A stretch of DNA of 64,000 nt from Clostridiales bacterium (GTDB taxonomy: Bacteria > Bacillota > Clostridia > Christensenellales > Borkfalkiaceae): contig SVIO01000006.1 in NCBI GenBank assembly GCA_015069465.1, positions 24,618 to 88,617 of the forward strand. The letters are read 5' to 3'. The notes under the pieces were generated by a model. That model saw only the letters and a list, made by a program, of their open reading frames with translations. It did no database searches and was not told the DNA's origin. Each line of letters opens with the position of its first letter. Position 1 is the first letter of the stretch. A program made the position numbers and the translations under genes. This document shows positions 17,789 to 26,434 of this stretch, piece by piece.

Positions 17789-19327
17789 CTATCTAATTTC
17801 AGTTCTACTAATTTCAACTAAGCCGTTTTTATTTGTTTTTTTGTCATCTTTAAGAGTTATTTTGCCAAAGATTTTGCTTCTATATGTATAAACAAAGATG
17901 CCAGCAATTACTAAAGCCACACCTAAAACAACTAACCAAATAACCTCAGTCTGCCAAGTGATAAGTTTAACTTTATACCACATTTCGTTTATGCGAATTA
18001 GGTCTTTCTTTTGGAATTCTTGCATAACAACACATCTTGCAATAGTTTCTTCATCAGCATATTGTGCGTAAAGTTGTCCACCAACAACAGATGAGTTAAT
18101 TATATAACTATTTCCACTTGTGCCTTCTGGGTCAAAGAAGTATTTAAGGTCAACTTGATTTGCGCCACCATCATCATAAGCATCTTGAACATAGTTAAAC
18201 ACTTCATCGCCACCAATACAACTTGTGTAACCGATATATTCCATATTTCTTATTGCTATTTCTGGCTGAGCGATAAAATCTAAAAACTTAAGTGAATTTT
18301 CAACATTTGCATTTTTAGCCATTACCCAACCATCAAACCAAAGGTTTGAACCTGTTTCTGGCACAACGTAGCCTAGTTCAACGCCTGCTTCTTCGCCTTC
18401 ATAAATAGCATAAGCAGCATCACCACTCCATGCAAAGTTGATATCGATTTTACCTGTTAAAATGTCGTTTTTACCTGCGTCAACTTCAAAACTATATAAG
18501 TTGTCTTTAAGGTCTATCAAAGCCCTTTGCACCTTATTTACAGTTTCTTCATCTGTTCTATTAAAAATTTGTGTCAATTCTTGTTTATACTCAGTTTTTG
18601 TAATAGTGCCCTGTGCATAGTCATCTTTAAGGTCAATAAGTTCATCTTCATAAACGATTGCGATTGCCATGATATAAGTATCACGAAGACTATCTTTAAT
18701 GGTAATCTTATTTGAAAACTTTGCTCCATAAAGATTTGTCCACATTGAAAGTTCATCTGCATCGATTTTAGAAGCATTATAAAGCAATCCCATTGTTCCC
18801 CACATATAGCCCGTTGCATAAGCCATTTTACTGCCATCACCTGCCGTGATGTTTAAGCCTAAATCTTCAAACACAGTTTTTATGTATGGAGAAGCATAAT
18901 CACTGTAATTTTGTGGGATTTGATAAGGCTTTATAAGATTTTCCCTTTTCATTTGCAAAATCATATATTCAGAAGGACAAAGAAGGTCGCAAGCATTTGG
19001 ATTTTTGATAAGTTCGTTATACATCTCCTCGCAAGTTGCAAAGGTTTGGTAATTTACCTTAACGCCTGTCTGCTCTTCAAAAATATCTAAAACACTTGAT
19101 TCAAGTTCATCTTTAGTAAAGATAGAATTTAAGTATTCGCTTGCATCATCAGCACTGTCATACCCTTCGTCTATATAATCTTCCCAACTAAATACAGTAA
19201 TTTCATTATCACCACTATCTGCTTTTACAACTTTAATATTGTCTGCCATAAACACATTAGAAAAAGCAATTACTATAAACATTATTGTAAAAAGAAAAAT
19301 GCAAAATTTATTAGTTAAACTCTTCAT
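17789..19327 (-). CDS. potD: spermidine/putrescine ABC transporter substrate-binding protein with an extra C-terminal TM segment
   Basis: Last gene of the potABCD-like operon. The PotD-like body (VFSWEDYID..., FAWSGDAAYA) is recognisable. I trimmed the start to ATG 19327 (MKSLTNKF) behind a GGGAGGTG RBS. The C-terminus carries the hydrophobic helix VIWLVVLGVALVIAGIFVYTY. Confidence 0.8.
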   Translation of the reverse strand: MKSLTNKFCIFLFTIMFIVIAFSNVFMADNIKVVKADSGDNEITVFSWEDYIDEGYDSADDASEYLNSIFTKDELESSVLDIFEEQTGVKVNYQTFATCEEMYNELIKNPNACDLLCPSEYMILQMKRENLIKPYQIPQNYSDYASPYIKTVFEDLGLNITAGDGSKMAYATGYMWGTMGLLYNASKIDADELSMWTNLYGAKFSNKITIKDSLRDTYIMAIAIVYEDELIDLKDDYAQGTITKTEYKQELTQIFNRTDEETVNKVQRALIDLKDNLYSFEVDAGKNDILTGKIDINFAWSGDAAYAIYEGEEAGVELGYVVPETGSNLWFDGWVMAKNANVENSLKFLDFIAQPEIAIRNMEYIGYTSCIGGDEVFNYVQDAYDDGGANQVDLKYFFDPEGTSGNSYIINSSVVGGQLYAQYADEETIARCVVMQEFQKKDLIRINEMWYKVKLITWQTEVIWLVVLGVALVIAGIFVYTYRSKIFGKITLKDDKKTNKNGLVEISRTEIR

Positions 19328-19328
19328 C

Positions 19329-20129
19329 TTACACCTCCCTTTTGCCGTCAGCATCTTTTTTCTTTGATACAAAATTCATTGCTAAAACAACTATGAGTGT
19401 TATCACAAAAATAATTGTCGTTAATGCCCTATAGATAGGGATTGTTTTTCCAGACTGTTCGGTTGCGTGTGCAAGTGCCTTATAAACGGCTGTAGAAATT
19501 GTATCATAGCCGAGTGGAGCGAGCATTGCCGTTATAATATAGTCGTCGAGAGAAAGTGTTATAGAGAGCATAAAGCCTGTGAAAATGCCTGGCAATATTT
19601 CAGGTAAAATTACCTTAAATAAGGCTTGAAATGGCGTTGCGCCAAGGTCAAGGGCTGCTTCATATAAAGATGAGTCCATTTGTTTTAATTTTGGCATAAC
19701 CGAAAGCACCACAAATGGCGCACATAAAATAATGTGACCTACATATAAGCCAAAAATAGAACGATTTGATAGCCCTAAAATTATAAATAGCATTACTAAA
19801 GCACATGCTGTAACTACTTCTGAGTTTACTACAGGGATTTGAGACATGCCTTTAACAACCTTGCCTGCTCTACCTTTGCTGTAATATATACCGATTGCAC
19901 CGAGCGTGCCTATAATTGTTGCAATAGTTGCCGAAACAATTGCAAGAAGTAGAGTGTTAAAAATAACATCTTTAACTTTTCCAAGTTCTGCATACCAAAC
20001 GAGTGAAAAGTTTCCCCAAACACCCATAACTCTTTCGCTGTTAAAACTTGCTATTATTAGGATGAAAATTGGGATATAAATAAATGCTAAAACGATAAAA
20101 ATATAAGATGCTTTTATAAACTTTTTCAT
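19329..20129 (-). CDS. potC: spermidine/putrescine ABC transporter permease
   Basis: Six-TM MetI-type permease with the EAA-like loop (YEAALDLGATPFQALFKVILP). Confidence 0.85.
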   Translation of the reverse strand: MKKFIKASYIFIVLAFIYIPIFILIIASFNSERVMGVWGNFSLVWYAELGKVKDVIFNTLLLAIVSATIATIIGTLGAIGIYYSKGRAGKVVKGMSQIPVVNSEVVTACALVMLFIILGLSNRSIFGLYVGHIILCAPFVVLSVMPKLKQMDSSLYEAALDLGATPFQALFKVILPEILPGIFTGFMLSITLSLDDYIITAMLAPLGYDTISTAVYKALAHATEQSGKTIPIYRALTTIIFVITLIVVLAMNFVSKKKDADGKREV

Positions 20130-20977
20130 TATAGGTTTGTCCCCCTTAAGTTTTCATCGCTCTTAAATCCACCTGTAAATAGCATTGTTACGAACATAAT
20201 CACAAGTAAAATAAGTGAAATGGTTGCGCCACCATTTGTGTTAATCATTGTTCCGTTTTCGCCCATAAAGCACCAAGCAATGAGTTTGCCTATTACAGTA
20301 AAGCCCGTGCTTCCACTAAAAGTATCGGTGATAACATAACAACTCATTACAGGTAAAAATACCATCATTGCGCCACTTATTATTCCTGGAACAGAAAGTG
20401 GAAGTGTTATCTTTAGAAAAACCTTAGTTTTGCTTGCACCAAGGTCAAGGGCTGCTTCTTCAAGGCTTTTGTCCATTTTGATAAGCGTAGAGTATAGTGG
20501 CATTACCATAAATGGAAAAAAGTCATAAGTTAGGCCTATAATGTTTGCGAAACTGCCTAGTTTAATTCCAATTAAACTTAATAATTCTTTCATTGCCATT
20601 GCACGAAGAACAAAGTTAATCCACATTGGCATTACAAAAAGAAGAAGCAATATAAACGCTATCTTTTTGTTCATTTTTGAAAGAATATAGGCAACTGGAT
20701 ATGCTATTAAAATACAAATAATTGTCACTAAAAAGGCAACTAATATGCTTATTAAAAGGGTTGTAACTTTAGTAGCGTCAGTAAAAAATGATATAAAATT
20801 ATTTAGAGTAAAAATGCCGTTAGCATCTGTAAAAGCATAATACACAACGATAAACAAAGGCAAAACAACAAATAGTGCTAAAAATATAGCATATGGGATA
20901 CAGAGTTGTTTTCTTGAAAACGCAGGCTTAAATTTATCGGCTTTTACTCCACCTTGTTTTTCTTTTGATAAACTCAT
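20129..20977 (-). CDS. potB: spermidine/putrescine ABC transporter permease
   Basis: MetI-type permease with the EAA loop (EEAALDLGASKTKVFLKITLP). Its ends overlap those of its neighbours. Confidence 0.85.
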   Translation of the reverse strand: MSLSKEKQGGVKADKFKPAFSRKQLCIPYAIFLALFVVLPLFIVVYYAFTDANGIFTLNNFISFFTDATKVTTLLISILVAFLVTIICILIAYPVAYILSKMNKKIAFILLLLFVMPMWINFVLRAMAMKELLSLIGIKLGSFANIIGLTYDFFPFMVMPLYSTLIKMDKSLEEAALDLGASKTKVFLKITLPLSVPGIISGAMMVFLPVMSCYVITDTFSGSTGFTVIGKLIAWCFMGENGTMINTNGGATISLILLVIMFVTMLFTGGFKSDENLRGTNL

Positions 20978-22485
20978 CTCTTAATCTCCTGTTTAAGTGA
21001 AAGTTTAATTTTTTCTTTTGGAATAATAACGCTAACTCTATCGTTTTCGTTCCAAGTGTCTTCTGTGTCTAGAACAAAATCTTCTTCATTTTCATCAGTT
21101 CTAACTATAAGTTGATAGTGGTCGCCCTTATAGATAATAGAAATGATATTACCGATTGCACCACCAAGGTCAGCATCATCGCTAATTTCTATGTCTTTTA
21201 AGCCAACTTCTACATTTACGTCAACATCAGTTAAATCTATCTTTTCGCCATTTTCTGTAATTAAATAACCTTCTTCATCTAAAATTGAGTTTGGATAAAG
21301 TTGCGTTACATCGCACTCAAACTCGCCGTCACCAAAGCAAACTGTATTCTTTTTGGTGATATAACCGTCATATTTATTTGATGAGAAGTTCTTTGCCATG
21401 ATATGAATATCGTTTGGCTTGATAAATAGGCTAACCTTTTCGCCAACCTTTCTCTCTACTGTGTCTTGAATAACAATTTCAGTTTTACCAACCGTCATTA
21501 CCATTTCATAATGTACGCCCTTAAAGATAGAACTAATAATTTTACCGTTTACTTGACCTTTGCCTTCATCCATTAAAAATACATCTTCTGGGCGAACAAC
21601 AACGTCCACCTTTTCGTTTTTAACAAAATCATCAACGCAGTCAAAGTTATGACCCATAAATCTAACCTTTTTATCACCAACCATTGTGCCACTAAAGATA
21701 TTGCTATCCCCTATAAAGTCTGCAACAAATGAGTTCTTTGGCTCGTTATAAATATCGGTTGGTGTGCCTATTTGTTGAATAACGCCGTCTTTCATTACTA
21801 CGATTGTATCGCTTAAAGTGAGCGCTTCTTCTTGGTCGTGTGTAACATAAATAAAAGTAATGCCAAGTTTTTTGTGCATTTCTTTTAGTTCTAGTTGCAT
21901 ATCCTTTCTCATTTTAAGGTCGAGAGCGCCAAGTGGTTCATCGAGTAAAAGAATTTCTGGCTCGTTAACGATTGCCCTTGCAATAGCAACCCTTTGTTGT
22001 TGTCCACCAGAAAGTGTTGAAACGCTTCTCTTTTCAAAGCCTTCAAGGTCAACCATTTTAAGTGCCTTTTCAACTTTTGCAACTATTTCTGACTTTTTGA
22101 GTTTTTCTATTTTTTTAATTTTCTTGCCATCTTTATCTTGATAAACGACATCAAATCTTTTAAGTTTTAAGCCAAAAGCAATGTTGTCGAAAACATTTAA
22201 ATGTGGAAATAAAGCGTACCTTTGGAAAACTGTATTGATAGGTCTTTTATTTGGTGCAAGATGAGAAATATCTTCACCATTTAATAAAATTTTACCACTC
22301 GTTGGTTTGTCAAAACCAGCAATCATTCTAAGCGTTGTGGTCTTACCACAGCCAGATGGCCCTAAAAATGTGATAAATTCGCCTTTTCTAACATAAAAGT
22401 TAATGTTGTCAACTGCAACAACACCATCTTCAAACTCACGAGTAATGTCAACAAGTTCAATAATTTTTTCTCTTTTGTCTTTCAT
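20974..22485 (-). CDS. potA: spermidine/putrescine ABC transporter ATPase, extended form (503 aa)
   Basis: Walker A GPSGCGKTT, PotA-like NTVFQRYALFPHLNVFDNIAFGL, signature LSGGQQQR and Walker B LLLDEPLGALD, followed by two tandem TOBE-like C-terminal segments. Confidence 0.88.
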   Translation of the reverse strand: MKDKREKIIELVDITREFEDGVVAVDNINFYVRKGEFITFLGPSGCGKTTTLRMIAGFDKPTSGKILLNGEDISHLAPNKRPINTVFQRYALFPHLNVFDNIAFGLKLKRFDVVYQDKDGKKIKKIEKLKKSEIVAKVEKALKMVDLEGFEKRSVSTLSGGQQQRVAIARAIVNEPEILLLDEPLGALDLKMRKDMQLELKEMHKKLGITFIYVTHDQEEALTLSDTIVVMKDGVIQQIGTPTDIYNEPKNSFVADFIGDSNIFSGTMVGDKKVRFMGHNFDCVDDFVKNEKVDVVVRPEDVFLMDEGKGQVNGKIISSIFKGVHYEMVMTVGKTEIVIQDTVERKVGEKVSLFIKPNDIHIMAKNFSSNKYDGYITKKNTVCFGDGEFECDVTQLYPNSILDEEGYLITENGEKIDLTDVDVNVEVGLKDIEISDDADLGGAIGNIISIIYKGDHYQLIVRTDENEEDFVLDTEDTWNENDRVSVIIPKEKIKLSLKQEIKR

Positions 22486-22524
22486 ATTTTCACCTCGAAA
22501 ATAAAATGTTTTCCTTGTCCCCTA

Positions 22525-23061
22525 TTAAAATGAAGGTGGAGACGATACCCATATAAATTCAGCATCTACTTTGCCATTATTCATTATTTTGTGCACTTTA
22601 TTAGCCGAAAAATAAAAACTTTCACCTTTTTTAACCTTGATTTTGCGTTTACCTACTACCAAGGTTATCTCGCCTTTTATAACAAAGCCGAATTCTTCTC
22701 CTTCGTGTGGAAAGTCTTCATCAGTACTTTTGCCTGCAAATAGTTTTATGTGCGTTGGTTCCATTGTATTTTTTTGTGCATTTGGAACTAACCAATTTAA
22801 AACATACTCATCAGTTTTCTTTTCTATAAACTCGTTTTTACTAAAGCATAATTTTTCTTCTTTTTCTATATCAGAAAAGAACTCCTTTAAGTCTGTGCCA
22901 AGAGCCGACAGTATGTCTATAAGCGTTGCAATAGATGGACTGGTAAGGTCATTTTCAAGTTGTGAAATATACCCTTTTGTCAGTTCGCACCTGTCTGCAA
23001 GTTCTTCTTGCGTTAAATCGCAATAAAGCCTTAAATCTCTTATCTTTTCGCCGATTTCCAT
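22525..23061 (-). CDS. XRE-family HTH plus cupin-domain transcriptional regulator (PuuR-like architecture)
   Basis: The N-terminal HTH is IGEKIRDLRLYCDLTQEELADRCELTKGYISQLEND. The C-terminal cupin is GEEFGFVIKGEITLVVG...GESFYF...HKIMN. Confidence 0.85.
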   Translation of the reverse strand: MEIGEKIRDLRLYCDLTQEELADRCELTKGYISQLENDLTSPSIATLIDILSALGTDLKEFFSDIEKEEKLCFSKNEFIEKKTDEYVLNWLVPNAQKNTMEPTHIKLFAGKSTDEDFPHEGEEFGFVIKGEITLVVGKRKIKVKKGESFYFSANKVHKIMNNGKVDAEFIWVSSPPSF

Positions 23062-23077
23062 AACCTATTTTCTTCCT

Positions 23078-23124
23078 TTGAGTTTAGACATTTTTAACAA
23101 AAAGTTTAATAAAACTAAACTCAA
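23078..23124. promoter_or_regulatory. 10-bp perfect inverted repeat TTGAGTTTAG-N27-CTAAACTCAA in the pot-regulator 5'UTR
   Basis: Arms at 23078..23087 and 23115..23124, with an additional AGTTTA copy at 23103..23108. The right arm abuts the AAGGAAG RBS. Confidence 0.55.
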
Positions 23125-23135
23125 CAACGGAATAT

Positions 23136-23164
23136 ATTATATAAATTTTTTTATATACTGTCAA
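23136..23164 (-). promoter_or_regulatory. promoter of the regulator-potABCD operon, exact TTGACA-N17-TATAAT
   Basis: The minus strand reads TTGACAgtatataaaaaaatttaTATAAT. Confidence 0.6.
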
Positions 23165-23212
23165 TTGTTTTATATATATTTTTTAAAATTATTTAATGGC
23201 AATTATTATTGA

Positions 23213-23241
23213 TTGATTTTTTATACTTTTTTATATATAAT
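23213..23241 (+). promoter_or_regulatory. ygjV promoter (TTGATT-N17-TATAAT) placed to give a leaderless mRNA
   Basis: TTGATT at 23213..23218 and TATAAT at 23236..23241. The ATG at 23249 is 7 nt downstream and there is no Shine-Dalgarno sequence. Confidence 0.5.
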
Positions 23242-23248
23242 ATTAGAC

Positions 23249-23983
23249 ATGTGGTTTGATATTTTAATTCAAGCAATTGGGTTTATTGCTATCGGTGTAA
23301 ATCTTATTGCAGTTCAATTTAATAAATATAGCACCATAATTTTGTTTAAGACTATAGGCTCGTTATTATTTGTATTGCAATACATATTTTTGGGTGCTTA
23401 TACAGGCATGATTATGGATATTATCGGCTCTATAAGAAACATTATTTTTTCATCTAATGTTAAAAATAATCGCTCAAATCGTAATGCCGTGATTGTATTT
23501 TCACTGCTCACTGCAATTTTAGGTATTACAACCATTGTTTTAACTTGGGACGTTAGCGAAATTAGGTGGACTGATAACGTTAAGTTTGCAACTATTTTAA
23601 TGGTGTTTATAAGCATTTTATCTATTATTGCAAAACTTCTTTCGACCGTTGCTTATAGCATAAAAAGTCCACACACTATTAGGATGCTCAATATCCCATC
23701 TTGTTCGTGCTGGCTTATTTATAATTTAGTTGTTTTCTCTATTGCTGGATTTGTTAATGAAGTTATGACTATATGCTCAATTATAATTGCTGAAATTAGA
23801 TTCAAAAAACCAAACAGCGTAATTGAAAAAGAACCTAAAAAACTTTCGTTTGCAAAATGTATTTGGACAAAAATTAAAAGTATTAAATGGAATAAAACTG
23901 TAAACCCTGTTATTAGTTATTCGCTTTTTGCTGGTGCTATTACACTTTCCCTTTTAATTGGAGTGCTTGTTATTTGTCTTTAA
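23249..23983 (+). CDS. YgjV-family inner membrane protein
   Basis: MWFDILIQAIGFIAIGVNLIAVQFNKYS... resembles the YgjV N-terminus. The protein is multi-TM. The track start at 23213 is a TTG inside the promoter. Confidence 0.65.
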   Translation: MWFDILIQAIGFIAIGVNLIAVQFNKYSTIILFKTIGSLLFVLQYIFLGAYTGMIMDIIGSIRNIIFSSNVKNNRSNRNAVIVFSLLTAILGITTIVLTWDVSEIRWTDNVKFATILMVFISILSIIAKLLSTVAYSIKSPHTIRMLNIPSCSCWLIYNLVVFSIAGFVNEVMTICSIIIAEIRFKKPNSVIEKEPKKLSFAKCIWTKIKSIKWNKTVNPVISYSLFAGAITLSLLIGVLVICL

Positions 23984-24037
23984 TAATTATTAAATATATG
24001 TTTTTTATATTACTAACTTAAAATTTATTATAAAAAT

Positions 24038-24066
24038 AAACGGCAACAATTTGTTGCCGTTTTTTG
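24038..24066. terminator. bidirectional terminator (ygjV / feo operon)
   Basis: AAACGGCAAC AATTT GTTGCCGTTTTTT. Confidence 0.75.
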
Positions 24067-24082
24067 TTTTGCATCTTTTTTA

Positions 24083-24217
24083 TCACCAATCGTCTTTTGG
24101 GGTGAGTTTTATATCGTCATAAAATTCAAAATACCTTTCCTTGTCGGTGAGTTCATATTCATCAAGCCACTCTTCTGGCATTAAGGCATCTTCTTCCTTA
24201 TTTTCACACTCTCGCAT
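24083..24217 (-). CDS. hypothetical small acidic protein (44 aa) downstream of feoB
   Basis: Manual translation gives MRECENKEEDALMPEEWLDEYELTDKERYFEFYDDIKLTPKDDW. The ATG lies 4 nt after the feoB stop and the ORF ends just before the terminator. There is no obvious SD. Confidence 0.25.
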   Translation of the reverse strand: MRECENKEEDALMPEEWLDEYELTDKERYFEFYDDIKLTPKDDW

Positions 24218-24221
24218 ATAA

Positions 24222-26108
24222 TCATACATTGTTTTTTGATTTTGTGACATTTATAACTTCCTTAGATTTTATTTTTATTAGTAATACTATTGATATAATT
24301 ATACCAATTATTAAGCAAAAAATCAAGATATTAAGGTGATTTATTATTATACCAACTAAATTTACAATAAATGCAACAATATATGCACTTATAAACTGAA
24401 AAATTAGCATAAACACAAATAGTTTTTTGCTGACAAGTTCTTTTTTTGCTGTTATGAGTGTGGAAATACAAGGTGGCGAAAGCAAGATAAAACACATAAA
24501 GGCGTATGCAGAAAAGCCACTGCCAAATAGGTTTTTTGGAGAAACTGCTATTAAATGCAAGGTTTCCACTATTCCTTCCTTAGCAAAAATTCCACAAATA
24601 ATCGAAACGCTTGCCTGCCAACTTGAAAAACCTAAAGGATAAAATATAAATTTGACAAAATTACCTATTGAGAAAAGAAAACTGCTCTCGACATTGTCGT
24701 TTACATAACCACTTATGCCAAAACTTTTTAATAGCCAAAGTAAAATTGACAAAATTAGTATTGTTGTGCCCACCTTTAGTAAAAAATCTTTTGTCTTTTC
24801 TATCAGCACGCACCAAACATCTTTAATGCTTGGCATTCTTAAACTTGGAATTTCTAAAATAAATCCACCATTATCATTGCCCAAAATTTTAAGTTTATTT
24901 AATATTAACCCAAATATTGCAACACATATTATTGAAACAAAATACATTGATGACGCAATAAAAGCATTGCCATTAAAAAAAGCATAAGAAAAATAACCAA
25001 AAACAGCCATTTTTGCACCACAAGGCATAAATGGTGATAAAAATATGGTTGCACGCCTTTCTTTTGTGCTCTCTATCGTTCTCGTTGCATTTATTCCTGC
25101 AACCGTGCACCCACACGATACAAGCATAGGTACAATAGATTTACCACTAAGTCCAAACATGCTAAATATTTTGTCAAAAACAAAGGCTATTCGTGCCGAA
25201 TATCCACTTTGCTCTAAAATGCAAAGTAACATAAATAAAATCAATATTTGTGGTAACAAGGAAAATATCGAGCCTAAACTTATGATAATTGCATCGCAAA
25301 CAAAATTTGTTAACCCTATCGGCACATCTTTTAACAAAAACTGAACTTCTATGTGAGTTGCCAGATTATTAAATGATTTTAGCACCTGTTCACCAACTAA
25401 ACCACCTATCTTTATTGATAGATAATATATAATTGTAAGAACACAAAAGAAGATTGGCAAGCATAGATATTTATTTAAGATAATTTTATCGATTTTATCA
25501 GTGGCAGTATGTGTTTTTGTTTTATTTTTTGAAATTATTCCACTTATATTGTCTTCCAAAAACTTATACCTGCTTTCTATAAGTGTTTTTGCGTTATAAG
25601 TGCTTAAATTTGGGCTTTTAAGGGGTTTTCTTGCCTTGATTACAACTTGCACAAGATTGTCTATATTTGTTCCTTTGAGCGCCGAAATCGGCACTACAGG
25701 TACGCCAAAAAGGTTTTTTAGCCTTTCTATAGATAAAGTGATGCCATTTCTTAAGAGTTCATCGTACATATTAACTGCAATTACTGTGGGAATACCTAGG
25801 CTTGCAAGTTCGCAGGTTAAATATAGGTTTCTCTCTAGATTTGTGCCGTCAACTATATTTATTATGGCTCTTGGTTTGTTTTTATTTAAGTATCTTAAAA
25901 CAACACGCTCATCTTCTGAGTTTGTATCGAGAGAGTAAAGCCCCGGAAGGTCAATAATTTTAATGGTTTTATCTTTTTTATAAACTCCCGATTTTTGCTC
26001 GGTTGTAACGCCCGTCCAATTACCTGTTTTTTGATAACTGCCCGTTAATGCGTTAAAAAGTGTTGTTTTGCCACAATTTGGGTTTCCTATTAAAGCAATT
26101 TCAGTCAT
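24222..26108 (-). CDS. feoB: ferrous iron transporter FeoB
   Basis: The N-terminal G-domain (IALIGNPNCGKTTLFNALTG, DLPGLYSL) is followed by a polytopic membrane domain. Confidence 0.95.
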   Translation of the reverse strand: MTEIALIGNPNCGKTTLFNALTGSYQKTGNWTGVTTEQKSGVYKKDKTIKIIDLPGLYSLDTNSEDERVVLRYLNKNKPRAIINIVDGTNLERNLYLTCELASLGIPTVIAVNMYDELLRNGITLSIERLKNLFGVPVVPISALKGTNIDNLVQVVIKARKPLKSPNLSTYNAKTLIESRYKFLEDNISGIISKNKTKTHTATDKIDKIILNKYLCLPIFFCVLTIIYYLSIKIGGLVGEQVLKSFNNLATHIEVQFLLKDVPIGLTNFVCDAIIISLGSIFSLLPQILILFMLLCILEQSGYSARIAFVFDKIFSMFGLSGKSIVPMLVSCGCTVAGINATRTIESTKERRATIFLSPFMPCGAKMAVFGYFSYAFFNGNAFIASSMYFVSIICVAIFGLILNKLKILGNDNGGFILEIPSLRMPSIKDVWCVLIEKTKDFLLKVGTTILILSILLWLLKSFGISGYVNDNVESSFLFSIGNFVKFIFYPLGFSSWQASVSIICGIFAKEGIVETLHLIAVSPKNLFGSGFSAYAFMCFILLSPPCISTLITAKKELVSKKLFVFMLIFQFISAYIVAFIVNLVGIIINHLNILIFCLIIGIIISIVLLIKIKSKEVINVTKSKNNV

Positions 26109-26325
26109 ATCTTACAATAATTTTATCGGCGTCACATTTTCTTATCGCCAAACAAAAATCCCTTACCTTTATTTGTATTGGTCCATTAAAAATAGCCTTT
26201 CTAACAACTTTAACCCTTACCCCTTCAACAACACCAAGTCTTAAAAGTTTATTTTTTGTTTTTAAGTGGTTGTTTAGAAATACTATTTTTGCAGTTTGAC
26301 CATCTAAAAGACTATATAATGTCAT
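26101..26325 (-). CDS. feoA: FeoA family iron transport protein
   Basis: 74-aa SH3-like FeoA (LRLGVVEGVRVKVVRKAIFNGPIQIKV). It overlaps the feoB start by 8 nt. Confidence 0.9.
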   Translation of the reverse strand: MTLYSLLDGQTAKIVFLNNHLKTKNKLLRLGVVEGVRVKVVRKAIFNGPIQIKVRDFCLAIRKCDADKIIVRYD

Positions 26326-26391
26326 ACTATATTTTATTTATTGCGTTTTTAAGATATAACAAAAAATTAGGTTTTAATTTACATTTAAAAG

Positions 26392-26425
26392 CATAAAAAA
26401 ACAACCACGCAAATTGCGTGGTTGT
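26392..26425 (-). terminator. terminator of the ribosomal alpha operon after rplQ
   Basis: 10-bp stem ACAACCACGC/GCGTGGTTGT with a minus-strand T-run. Confidence 0.8.
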
Positions 26426-26434
26426 TATTTTTAA

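Noticed and set aside
17621-17821. 66-aa plus-strand ORF after the XRE gene (considered as a SinI-like antagonist)
   Set aside because: It overlaps the XRE 3' end in another frame, reads straight through the bidirectional terminator into potD antisense, and has no RBS.
26326-26391. Fur box upstream of feoA
   Set aside because: I could not find a convincing match to the GATAATGATAATCATTATC-type 19-mer or a 7-1-7 palindrome. The region is just AT-rich.
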